A stretch of DNA of 59,152 nt, the filler included. It is 5 parts of 5 records of this genome, joined end to end, with 100 filler letters (N's around TTAATTAATTAA, not from the genome) between each part and the next. Parts side by side here need not be neighbours in the genome. Positions count along the whole stretch, not along the records: positions 20,021 to 33,842 come from SRR31147125_3219; positions 33,943 to 47,127 come from SRR31147125_3244; 3 more parts are not named here. The stretch is one strand, 5' to 3'. The translations under genes and the position numbers were made by a program. Below, piece after piece: positions 31,245 to 41,541 of this stretch (within the stretch, counting starts at the first letter, position 1; each line of letters begins with the position of its first letter). The notes under the pieces are model-generated. The model ran no database searches. It worked only from the letters and a program-made list of their open reading frames with translations, and was not told the DNA's origin.

Positions 31245-31799
31245 CTACTTGTTAAGAATTTGGTTAATGGCATCCTCCAAAACTTCACCATCTTGCGATT
31301 CATAGAACTGCTTGGTGAAAGAGTACATTTTCTGGAAATAGGCATCTTCATCGAAGCACTCGTCCACGAATTGCTCATGGAGGACCTCAAGCCCGCCAAG
31401 GAAATAAGCATTAAAAATTGACATGTTTTCGGCAATTATCTTGCGCTCTTCCTCTGTCTCTTCTGAGAAGTTGAAGCCACGCAAAACTCGCTTGTCCACA
31501 TCCGGCTCAGAGTCAGTATCCAATAGCATTATGATTTGATATACGAATTTGAGTTCTTTGCTGCGCTTGGTTATGACTTCTGCCAGCATACCAGCATCCC
31601 CTGGGACAGAGTTATCTATTACGCCTTTTCGGTTAAACTGAAAGCCGATAACTGGACAAGTGATATAGGCGTCGATATATGCCTTGAAAATTTTAAAATT
31701 GTTATGCATTTCCCGGTCTGGCACATTGCCCGCTAAGACACACAAGTCTTTCCAGTAGTTTGCATGTTTTCCGGTAATTCTAAAATCCTTATTAAACAT
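31245..31799 (-). CDS. DndE-like / dnd-associated small partner of the SMC-like ATPase
   Basis: RBS GGAGG; IFKAYIDAYITCPVIG..FNAYFLGGLEVL pattern; directly downstream of the DndD-like ATPase. Confidence 0.55.
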   Translation of the reverse strand: MFNKDFRITGKHANYWKDLCVLAGNVPDREMHNNFKIFKAYIDAYITCPVIGFQFNRKGVIDNSVPGDAGMLAEVITKRSKELKFVYQIIMLLDTDSEPDVDKRVLRGFNFSEETEEERKIIAENMSIFNAYFLGGLEVLHEQFVDECFDEDAYFQKMYSFTKQFYESQDGEVLEDAINQILNK

Positions 31800-31800
31800 A

Positions 31801-33803
31801 TCAAACCTCCGCAGAAATGATATGGGAGGAAGTGTCGATCTCACGACCTTCAGCGTCCCGATCTTTGGCTATCTTGTAGCTTTTGCCGACAAACTTATCT
31901 AGATTATTGACCGCATAATCCCAGTCTTTTTTCATAACTGCCATAATGACCTGGTTGGCCGTGCGCGGAAGTATTTGGCATATATTGTCAATGTGGATTT
32001 CGTCCACGTTGGAAAACGGCGCGTCCATCACGATAGGGTAAACCTGCCCCAGTTGCATATCTTGGTCGTCGAGGATTTTATCCTTAGCCATCGACACCAG
32101 ACTTGCGATGAAAGCGAAGCTCTTGACAGCTTTCAGACCATCAGATTCATCGGTTTTGATATCGCTATACCTAACACAGTATTTACCGTCGATGATGATA
32201 GATCGTTCACCGTGATACATGCGGGAGAAGTTGTCGTTGACACGCTTCTGCAATTCTATGCGTACAGTGCTTTCCTTTTCCTGATAGGTTCCATTGAGCC
32301 ATTCATAGACTGCTTGAGAATAAGAAATCATTTTTGCGATGCGCTCATTCTTCTTGCTGCTCTTAGCAAACATCTCAATGGCGGCTTCGCTGTTTTTGAT
32401 GTTCTCATTGCATCGTCCGGCGTTTTGGGTTGCCTGTTCGAAATCAGATTTGGCTTCGAGATAGTGTGTATGAGCATCCTTGCGTTTTGTTTCAATTGCT
32501 TTTGCATCGGTGTCATCTAAAATCAAATCAGATTGGGCGTTCAGCTCATCTTGTAGCTGTCCAATGGTACGTTTAATGGTGCGAATATCTTTATAACGTT
32601 CCTCCAAAACGGCAAGGAAGTTTTCGGTGCCGGCGAGATAACCTTCAGCCTTCGTTTTGTAATTGGCAACCACCGAACCGATATGTTCTGGCGGGAGTTT
32701 TTTACGTTCTTCCATCACCTTTTGGTAAGGAACACTGCCTGGGTCAAGGTGTGTCCCGCAAATGCAATATCCTCTTTTAGTAAATAATCAATGGAGTCCT
32801 GATCCATATTTGGGACACTTTCGGTGGAGTCCTTTACAGTTTCGAGTAGATCCAAAGTATGCCGAATGACTGGCATACCAAAGAATATGTATGGACGGTT
32901 GTTGAAAGCCTCAACCAACGCTTGAATGGCATTTTCGAGTTTCTTTTTCTCGGAAATCATAGTACGTTCAAGACGATCCCGCTCGGCTTTAGCCTTCTTA
33001 ACCTGCTCAATGTCGCTCTTAGCCAGTTCAGCACTGTATTCCTTTTCCTTGTCACTCCAATACTGCATCTGGCTGTCGGCATTTTTCTTATCTTCTTCGT
33101 AGACGGCAATCTGGCTCTTGTAGGTTTCAAGTGTATCTTTGGCTTTTTGAGCGTTTGTGTCACCCGAGGTATCAATACTGGCTTGGAAACTCTTTAAAAC
33201 CTTGCTTAAATGGTCTCGGGCATTTTCTAAAACATCCAAGCGCATAAGTCCGCGCACAGCTTTTGACAAGTCTGTGCGATTGGCGATACCGGAAATACGT
33301 TCGCCACCGAAGAAGAAATAATCGGAGAGGTCGCGCGGCAAAACCCTATCCATTGACTCGGTGATGTTGGAACGGTCAATCGGGATCTTGGTCTGACCGT
33401 CGCTCTGGAGATAAACCAGGGAGAGTTTTTCTTCGGGATTTTTATTAAGCACGACATCAATACCCGAAGAACCAGCAGTCAGTTTACGCTCGTTGCAAAC
33501 ATAGCGAAACATTCGCTTTAGAGTATAAATTTTGTTGTCGTGGGTAAAGGTGACCGATACCCATGTGTCTTGCATATCGCCAACATTCATATTGTCTCGA
33601 ACATCGCTATTCAATAAAACAGGATCTTCAAAACCTTTCTTTCCGTACAGACACCACTCAAAGGCACGGACGATGGTTGTTTTACCCGAAGTGTTAATCC
33701 CAATGAGAACGGTAACATTTTTTGCTGGATCAGTAGAGAATTCCACCGACTGTAGCCCGATAAACTGGCGAAAATTGTACATTTCTAACTTGTTGATAAT
33801 CAT
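31801..33803 (-). CDS. DndD-like SMC/Rad50-type ABC ATPase with a CxC hinge; 1-nt indel near 32775
   Basis: NFRQF; Walker A GINTSGKTT; FFFGGERI; coiled coils. One extra A restores LKRGYCICGTHLD joining the two ORFs. Signature SDG; Walker B/D-loop IVMDAPFSNVD. Confidence 0.85.
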
Positions 33804-33842
33804 CGCCTGTCAACCTCCGCAATAATGAGCTTTTTGATTTTT
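33800..33842 (-). CDS. 3' end of an upstream gene coupled (ATGA overlap) to the ATPase
   Basis: ..KIKKLIIAEVDRR*; contains the RBS GGAGG; the rest lies beyond the contig. Confidence 0.5.
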
Positions 33843-33942
33843 NNNNNNNNNNNNNNNNNNNNNNNNNNNNNNNNNNNNNNNNNNNNTTAATTAATTAANN
33901 NNNNNNNNNNNNNNNNNNNNNNNNNNNNNNNNNNNNNNNNNN
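33843..33942. other. Artificial contig spacer
   Basis: N44-TTAATTAATTAA-N44. Confidence 0.99.
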
Positions 33943-34084
33943 TTTTTGTAATATAAACATATATGGGAATGCGTTTAAAAAATTAAAATACGAAGTGTTG
34001 TTTTTTTAGTAAAGTTGAGAGATTGTTTTCAAAATATTTCAATCTTAAAATGTGATTGAAATTGAAAAAAATAGGGGTGAAGTC

Positions 34085-34192
34085 ATGTTTTGGGAAATAT
34101 CCGGGGTTTTGATTTTATTTATATTGGTTATTCTAATAGCGAACAAACTGTTGTCCTTTTTCTTTGAAACTGATATTGATACTGATGAATGA
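34085..34192 (+). CDS. 35-aa single-TM small protein
   Basis: RBS AGGGGTG; MFWEISGVLILFILVILIANKLLSFFFETDIDTDE*; followed by a terminator-like hairpin. Confidence 0.65.
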   Translation: MFWEISGVLILFILVILIANKLLSFFFETDIDTDE

Positions 34193-34198
34193 ACGATT

Positions 34199-34228
34199 AA
34201 ATCTTCTCTTAATTTTAGGGAAGATTTT
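34199..34228 (+). terminator. Intrinsic terminator
   Basis: AATCTTCTCT-taatttt-AGGGAAGATT followed by T-rich sequence. Confidence 0.6.
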
Positions 34229-34352
34229 CTTATTTTATAAAGTAGAATTTACATTAATAAAGATTTTTTTGACTAAATAAAAAACTCTTTATTAAATGTC
34301 TAAAATAAGCTATAATTTTTTTGAAGATTAACATAAACTATTGGAGGGATGA

Positions 34353-35688
34353 ATTATCAAATCATATGTAATCGATACTAACGTAATAATAGCAAATCCT
34401 TTTTTTAAGAGAGTTTAAAGAGTGTGAAATAATAATACCAATAAACGTTCTTGAAGAACTGGATAAGATAAAATCTAGGGATGGGAATAGTGGATTTAGA
34501 GCTAGACAGTTTTTTAGATTTTTTAAAAAAATAGAAGAAAAAGGCAATTTGCTTAATGGAATATCTATAGATAACAATATTTTATTAAAAACTGCGCTAG
34601 AGGAAACTGAAGTGGATTTACCAAGTAGTTTTGATAAAACTTACACAGATAATAAGATTCTGGCTATGATGCTAATGGAAAAGTATAGAACACATATTTT
34701 AATAACAAATGATATTAGTATGCGTGTAAAAGCTTCAGCTTTTAACATAAAATGTGAGCTTCTAGATTCTTCAGATAAACATAAGTTAGATGATCTATAT
34801 ACAGGGATTTACCATAAAAAAATTGCTACAGATGCAGTTAAAGAGTTTTATAGGAATGGACAAATCTCTCTTGGAAGTTTGGAAATAGAATCAATGTATC
34901 CAAATCAATTTTTTATTGGGGAAACTGACTTTGATTATAACAAAATAGTAGGTAGATATAGTGAGGAAAAAGATGCCATTGTTAAACTTCATTATGAAAA
35001 TCATTCTCCTTATAGTGTAAGTCCTAAAGATGTTAGGCAAAAATTTGCCTTTGAGGCGCTCTTGAATGATAAGTTGAGCTTTGTGACTATAACATCTAGG
35101 CAAGGTTGTGGAAAGACGTTGTTAGCGCTTTCAGCGGCTCTACATATGGTTATGGAAACTGGGCAGTATGAGAAAATTATAATTGGTAAAAATACATCGC
35201 CAATTGATAAATGGAGTTACCAAGGATTTACAACAGGTGATACTGAGGAGAAGTTACTAACCCATTTTGGTAGTTATACAACAACTCTTGAAAACATTCA
35301 AAACATTAGAAATAAAAGAAGTAAAAATGGAATAGATATGTTACATGCTTTAATTAACCAGAATAAACTAGAAGTTCTGGATATATCGTCAATTTTAGGT
35401 TCTAGTTTTCTTAATAGGATAGTTATCATAGATGAAGCTCAATCATTTGATATTCATGCTATGAGATCAATAATTACTAGAATAGGTGAGAATTCTAAAC
35501 TTATATTAATTGGAGATGTGGGTCAACAAACAATCTCAAGGCTGGATCCAGACAAATCTGGATTGTATGCAGCTGTGGAGTGGTTAAAAGAACTTGATGA
35601 AACGGCACATGTGACATTAAATAAAGTTCATAGAAGTAAATTTGTAGATAAAGCTAGTAAAGTCTTTGATAGAAATATATTTGGATAG
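34353..35688 (+). CDS. PIN-PhoH (PhoH2/YlaK-like) protein; indel in the T-run at 34400-34406
   Basis: IKSYVIDTNV..PINVLEELD (PIN) upstream of the listed ORF; SRQGCGKT; IIDEAQ; RIGENSKLILIGD..Q. Confidence 0.88.
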
Positions 35689-35805
35689 TAGAAAATATGT
35701 TAAGATTAACAATATAAATTTTTTAGTCATAAAGAGGAAATATCAACTTGATAAGTATTAGTTTATTAGAGTCTAATTTAATTAATTAAACAAGGAGGAT
35801 ATTTT

Positions 35806-36383
35806 ATGGCAAATCTCAAAGGAACAAAAACAGAGCAGAATCTATTAAAGGCTTTTGCTGGTGAATCTCAAGCTAGAAATAGATACACTTATTTTGCAAA
35901 AGTTGCAAAAAAAGAGGGGTATGAGCAAATATCATATCTATTTACTGAAACAGCTGATAATGAAAAAGAACACGCTAAAAGATTTTTCAAATTTTTGGAA
36001 TCAGGAGAAGGTGTTGAAATAACAGCTATGTATCCTGCAGGAAAAATAGGTACAACTATTGAGAACCTAAAAGCAGCAGCAGCAGGTGAAAATGAGGAAT
36101 GGACAGAACTTTATCCTACATTTGCGGCTGTAGCAGATGAAGAAGGATTTCCAGAAGTGGCAGTTGCATTTAGAATGATAGCAAAAGTAGAGAAGGAACA
36201 TGAAGAGAGATACTTAAAATTAGCTGCTAATATTGAGAATAGAGAAGTCTTCAAAAACCTACAGTTGTTAGATGGAAATGTAGAAACTGTGGATATGTTC
36301 ATGAAGGAGAAACTGCACTTGAAAAATGTCCAGCATGTTTACACCCAAAAGCGCATTTTGAAATAAAAGAAGTGAATTATTAA
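35806..36383 (+). CDS. rbr: Rubrerythrin; 1-nt indel at about 36255
   Basis: [25 protein letters not shown]. The shifted frame restores the rubredoxin domain [20 protein letters not shown]. Confidence 0.93.
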
Positions 36384-36403
36384 AACTTAAGTAATCTATA
36401 TAA

Positions 36404-36433
36404 AAATCCCCCTAGAGCTCTTTAGGGGGATTT
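36404..36433. terminator. Bidirectional terminator
   Basis: AAATCCCCCTA-gagctctt-TAGGGGGATTT between convergent genes. Confidence 0.8.
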
Positions 36434-36438
36434 AAATT

Positions 36439-37128
36439 TTATTTTTTATTAAATAATAATTTATTAAAAAAACTAAATTTTTCCTCTGGATTATTTACTG
36501 TTTCAACTTGATTATTTGCATTTTTCAATCTTCTGGCTTCTTTTTTCTGTAGATATTTTGTTAATTGCTTAAAGTCATCTTCAACCCAATCAGCAAACTC
36601 AACACCATATTTAACATATCCGTCGTCACCAATAAATAGATCTTTAACAGTTACTTCCACATGATATTTTTTTCTTTCAGCGTTACTATAAAAATCAATA
36701 AAAAGAATATCATCAGTATAAAAGAAATCTTTACTGTAGAAACCAAGACCACCTTCACTTAGATCAAAAGTAACTCCATATTTATCATTTTCAGCCCCCT
36801 TTATTTTTAGCTCAGTTTCAAATTTATGCCTGGAAAATTTTCTTCTATCCATTTTTTTACATTTCTTAGGTGAATAGATACATATATTTCCTGAAATAGA
36901 ATCAATTTTAACAATGGAACTATCAAAATAATAAACTCCATCATGTCGAATTAATTGCAGCTCAACTTTATCATTTGGTATCAACTCTGAATCGTATAGA
37001 TTATTTAACGGTTTAAGATAAAGAAAATTTGAATCTTGCTTATATGAGACTATTTCAACTGAGATAGAGTTGCTCGTTTCAATTTTTTTAATTACAACAT
37101 TTAAAATGTCGGCTAATACAGCATTCAT
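36439..37128 (-). CDS. YcgR-like PilZ-domain c-di-GMP receptor
   Basis: DRRKFSR (RxxxR) and DLSEGG (DxSxxG); N-terminal PilZN-like barrel. Confidence 0.85.
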   Translation of the reverse strand: MNAVLADILNVVIKKIETSNSISVEIVSYKQDSNFLYLKPLNNLYDSELIPNDKVELQLIRHDGVYYFDSSIVKIDSISGNICIYSPKKCKKMDRRKFSRHKFETELKIKGAENDKYGVTFDLSEGGLGFYSKDFFYTDDILFIDFYSNAERKKYHVEVTVKDLFIGDDGYVKYGVEFADWVEDDFKQLTKYLQKKEARRLKNANNQVETVNNPEEKFSFFNKLLFNKK

Positions 37129-37294
37129 ATATACACCCCATAAAATTATTTTCTATATAATGATACTTCAAATTACTAGGAAAGGTCAAGAAAATAATTT
37201 AACTTAATAGCAAATAATTGTTAGAAAATTTGACTTTTAGTATAACTATTTCATATAATAAAATAAGAGAAATAAAGTACAGGGAGAAGATAGG

Positions 37295-38845
37295 ATGCGT
37301 AGATTTATATTATTGTTGACTTTTGTTATATTAATTATAAATACATTTTCTTTTAATTATAATGAATTTAAAGAAGATATTAACTTGCTTTTAAGTGAAG
37401 CTCAATATGATCAAGGAGTCTTGTTTAGTGAGAAAGAGCTTTTGATGGATCTAAAATTAGTTAATAGATTATTAATAGAGCTTTATCCAAATCCAGAATT
37501 TTACTTTGATAAAGGCGAATTTGATACAATGTTTAATTATGCTTATGATAACTTGCATGACAATACTGCCTATTTTACTTTTTATAAATATCTTCATGCT
37601 GTATTAGATAAAATTGGTGATGGAAATATATCTGTTGAACATTCTGAGGTAGAAAATGAAAAAGTAATAAAAGGAAACAAAATTCCTTTTAAGCTTAGAA
37701 TTGCTGATAATAATGTTCACTTTAGTTCCAGAGGATTTGAAATCCCATATGGGGCACAAGTTTTAAGTATAAATGGTATAGATATTGATAAAATGCTTAA
37801 TGATTTATCAATGTTAATATTTACTGACGGTACGTCAATTCAATATAAATACGGAATATTTAAATACCAAACAGAATTTGCCAACTTAGTTTATAATTTT
37901 TATGGTGACACAGAGGGCTATGATATAACATATTTATTCAATAATAGAATGGAAGAAACTTATATTAAAGCAAAGCCGTTTACTAACATGGGAATGAAAA
38001 AATCTTCCGAAAATGAAGGTATTGTTTTTGAGAGAAAAGATATCGAAACATCGTATATATCTATATCTGGGAACCCTGATATAGAGTATGCAAAAGAGGA
38101 ATTTGAGATTTTATTTAAGGTATTAAAAAGAAGTAAGACTAAAAACCTTATAATTGATTTAAGGAGATATGCAGATGGTAATGAAGAGGTATTAAAAGAG
38201 TTACTTAGATACCTTATAAAGTATGAAGGTAAATTGCTAAACCCTGATGTATATGCCACGCAAGAGATACCTTATAAAGAATATTTAATTAGTAGTTCAG
38301 AAGAGATTGCTTATGTTGAGAGAGAACTTAAAAACTCAAGACTAAAGAGAAGTACAAATAAATATGTATCAAAACGAACACCAATTAACTTTGTAACCAA
38401 AAAAGATTTATTGTTTGATGGTAAAGTTTACGTACTATTTACCTCAAGCATGATTAATAATAGCGTTAGATTTTTATCCTTATTGGAGTATTATAGTGAC
38501 GCAATCTCTGTGGGAGAGGAAACAAGAGGAGGAGCTTTAATTACAACTGAACCAGCAAAACTCAAGTATGAACTTCCAAACACAGGAATTAGGATAGAGA
38601 TGCCTCATAAAGAAAGAAGTTTGCGATTAAATCAATTCAATCTATCTGGAAGAGGTGTAATTCCAGACAAAATATTTATGGGAACTTATGAAGAGCTGTT
38701 TGAGAATAAGGATGTTAAGTTGGAAAGAGTTCTATGGGAAATAGAGCAGGAGAGTTTACTTCAAAAGGAATTTGAAAGAATTCAACTTGAAACTGAAAAA
38801 GAAGCAGAATTTGAAGAAAGTGAAAATTTTAATAATAATAATTAG
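37295..38845 (+). CDS. S41-family peptidase-like secreted protein with a degenerate active site
   Basis: Signal peptide; PDZ-like VLSINGI; LIIDLRR; GKVYVL; GEETRGG; GVIPD. Confidence 0.7.
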   Translation: MRRFILLLTFVILIINTFSFNYNEFKEDINLLLSEAQYDQGVLFSEKELLMDLKLVNRLLIELYPNPEFYFDKGEFDTMFNYAYDNLHDNTAYFTFYKYLHAVLDKIGDGNISVEHSEVENEKVIKGNKIPFKLRIADNNVHFSSRGFEIPYGAQVLSINGIDIDKMLNDLSMLIFTDGTSIQYKYGIFKYQTEFANLVYNFYGDTEGYDITYLFNNRMEETYIKAKPFTNMGMKKSSENEGIVFERKDIETSYISISGNPDIEYAKEEFEILFKVLKRSKTKNLIIDLRRYADGNEEVLKELLRYLIKYEGKLLNPDVYATQEIPYKEYLISSSEEIAYVERELKNSRLKRSTNKYVSKRTPINFVTKKDLLFDGKVYVLFTSSMINNSVRFLSLLEYYSDAISVGEETRGGALITTEPAKLKYELPNTGIRIEMPHKERSLRLNQFNLSGRGVIPDKIFMGTYEELFENKDVKLERVLWEIEQESLLQKEFERIQLETEKEAEFEESENFNNNN

Positions 38846-38904
38846 GTCGATATTGGATTTTTTTACAACAATATACTATCGAATGTAACTTTAAGGAGGA
38901 GTTT

Positions 38905-40335
38905 ATGTCCAAACTGTATGATGTAATAATTATTGGTGGGGGACCGGCAGGTTTAAGTGTTGGTTCAGAATTGGCTATGAGAGGACATGATGTACTGGTT
39001 ATCGAAAAAAGAAAGATAGGTCTAACAGATAGGTCATGGATAGTTCCTGGTTCAGTAATTCAAAAATTAGATGAAGAAACTCGAAAATTTGCGTATAACG
39101 GGGTTACACGATTTCTTGAATTTACTCCAGGATTGGAAATAAAATGGGATGCAGATGTACCTTGGCAAGGCCCGAAAGAGTATCAAAAGTACCCTTATAT
39201 TGATCAAGAGGGAATATTGAAGCATTGGGCGAATATAATAACTGAAAACGGTTCAGAAATTATAGAGAATTGCAGCTACATTGATTATACAAGAGATGAT
39301 GATGGAATAATGAATATTAGGTCAGTAAAGACTGATGAGAATTACCAATCTCAGGAGTATAAAGCTAAGATGATAATTGATGCGTCTGGTTATAGTTCGC
39401 AATTGGCTAAAAAAGAGCGGATTAGTAGAGAAGGTTATTTTTGGTGGTCTGTTTATGGATTTGATATAGAGTTTGATGATGTGACACAACTTGATAATCC
39501 TGATAAATTAGGGAAAATGAAGATTGGTGATTATATGTTATGGCAATCATTTAAAGATATGCCAATGAACGAAAAATCAACACTTTCGGATTTACGACCA
39601 ATTATGGAGTATGAAGTACTAGATGAAAAAACTGTATTTGTATTTATTCTGTATTTCGCAGAGAATCAGGTTGAAAAAGAGTTTATGCTTAACCAATTTA
39701 ATTATATATTAAAAAATGAAGAATCAATCAAATCTTTTAGAGAAGGAAAAGTTAAAAAAGAAAGATTTGGTTGGTATCCATCAAATGGATTATCTCAGGA
39801 AATTGCAAAAGATAATATAGCTTTTATTGGTGATGCAGGTTGTTGGACTATTCCAGCAGGTTGGGGAATGTCGTTTATTTTAAATAACTATAAGGTTTAT
39901 GCAGAAGATTTAAGTAGAAATATAAAAGAAAATAAACTTGATGAAGAGAGTTTATGTAAACTAGTAAGATTTAATGATAGGCAGAAATATGAAATAATAA
40001 TGGATAAATTAGTTCTTCACTTTATGGCTTTTGCAGAACCTAAATTAATAGATAAATTTACTAATACTGTGGTGAATAAATTTGGTGGTAAGATGCTGGA
40101 AGTTGTATTTTGCCTTCAATTAACAGAAAAGCAAGCTATTGCGACATTAAAAGAAGTAATGAAGGAGTTTACATTAAAGGAATTAATTAGTGTTTTCAAA
40201 AAAAATCCAGATATTAAGTTATTCCTAAACCTTGGGTTCCTTTTCATTAGATCTGCAATTGAGAATGGATTTAGAAAGCTGTTTGGATTAAAACAAGAGG
40301 ATGCTGGATTTGTATTTGAGGATGAAAAAGGTTAA
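38905..40335 (+). CDS. FAD-dependent oxidoreductase, lycopene cyclase / geranylgeranyl reductase superfamily
   Basis: YDVIIIGGGPAG; IIDASG; IGDAG..PAGWGMS; RBS AAGGAGG. Confidence 0.8.
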   Translation: MSKLYDVIIIGGGPAGLSVGSELAMRGHDVLVIEKRKIGLTDRSWIVPGSVIQKLDEETRKFAYNGVTRFLEFTPGLEIKWDADVPWQGPKEYQKYPYIDQEGILKHWANIITENGSEIIENCSYIDYTRDDDGIMNIRSVKTDENYQSQEYKAKMIIDASGYSSQLAKKERISREGYFWWSVYGFDIEFDDVTQLDNPDKLGKMKIGDYMLWQSFKDMPMNEKSTLSDLRPIMEYEVLDEKTVFVFILYFAENQVEKEFMLNQFNYILKNEESIKSFREGKVKKERFGWYPSNGLSQEIAKDNIAFIGDAGCWTIPAGWGMSFILNNYKVYAEDLSRNIKENKLDEESLCKLVRFNDRQKYEIIMDKLVLHFMAFAEPKLIDKFTNTVVNKFGGKMLEVVFCLQLTEKQAIATLKEVMKEFTLKELISVFKKNPDIKLFLNLGFLFIRSAIENGFRKLFGLKQEDAGFVFEDEKG

Positions 40336-40365
40336 TATATTCATAATTTAATAAAGGAGATTTGC

Positions 40366-41480
40366 ATGAGAAGAGTATTAGCTAATTTATATCAAAAATT
40401 ATTCTATATAAACGAAAAAGGTCTTAGACCATTAGCACTTTTTCCTAAGAAAAAAAGAAGAGATGTTATGCTTCCGAAGGATGATGGATTTCTAAATGAT
40501 CAAGAAGTTCAATGGTGGTACTGGACTGGTCATCTAGAAGGTGTATGTGAGGAAACTGGAGAAACGAAAGAGTTTGGTTTTGAATTAGTTTTCTTCGCTT
40601 TTGATAGTTGGATATTTTTTAAAAATCAACTTGCTCAAGCAGCTGTTAGTGATATAACTGCCGGAACATATCATTATCGTGAAGAAGTAAGATATTTGAG
40701 TTTGCCGAAGAAGCTAAAAGGGAAATTTGATTTAAAAATACATGAGAAAAAAGAAAAGTTATGTCGGCATTAGGAATTGATGGAGACGACAGCTTGTACG
40801 CTGAAGTTGATGATTATAAATTTAAGCTTCAATTAAAATCAGAAGAACCGACAGTAATTAGATACGATGGTAAAGCACATGAATATGAATTTGGTGGGTA
40901 TACATATTATTATTCGCGAGAAAAAATGAAAACGAATGGTACCGTTCAAGTTGGTGACAAAACATATAAAGTTACAGGTGTTTCATGGTTCGACAGGCAG
41001 TATGGGGATCTTTATTTTGCTATTTTTAAAGGTTGGCAATGGTTTGCACTCTCTATGAATGATAACAGAACAATCATGCTTTATGATTTCTTAGGTGATT
41101 ATGAAGATGAAAAATATGGTTCAGTTGTTGCAAACGAGAACTATACTCAACTATGGAAAAATGACTATAAGGTTCATGTAATGGGAAGTTGGAAAAGTCC
41201 TGATACAGGAATAACCTACCCTTCAGGTTGGAAAGTTGAGCTGAAGGATAAGTCTGGTAATATAACGGAGGAATTTATAGTTGAGCCGTTACTGAAAGAC
41301 CAAGAGCTTCATGCCAAACATATATTTTGGGTAGGGCCAGAATATTGGGAGGGAGACTGTGCTATAAAGAGTATGGAGGGAGATGTGATTGGAAAGGCGT
41401 ATATAGAATTAAACGGATTTGGTCACAAATTTCTTAGTATAGATATACTTGATGATGGAAAAACAGATTTTGGAATTTAA
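40366..41480 (+). CDS. AttH/CrtC-like double lipocalin-fold protein; 1-nt indel at about 40755
   Basis: QWWYWTGHL; FGFELVFF; YYYSR; GVSWFDRQYG; GWQWF; WKSPDTGITYPSGW; DQEL; YWEG; GKAYIELNG. Confidence 0.85.
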
Positions 41481-41482
41481 AT

Positions 41483-41524
41483 AAAAAACTGGCTATTTCG
41501 GATTAGTTCCGATAGCCAGTTTTT
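41483..41524. terminator. Bidirectional terminator
   Basis: AAAAACTGGCTAT..ATAGCCAGTTTTT. Confidence 0.85.
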
Positions 41525-41541
41525 ATATTTTACTTAAGTTC

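Noticed and set aside
7414-32520. Long antisense ORFs such as 7414..8016, 16362..16967, 26874..27494 and 31975..32520
   Set aside because: They are shadows of well-supported opposite-strand genes, with no RBS or motifs, unlike the nested tnpV.
31245-33803. Canonical dndBCDE, Lamassu or Wadjet assignment
   Set aside because: No DndC/DndB, LmuA effector or JetABD genes are recognisable in the window; only a DndD-like resemblance is supported.
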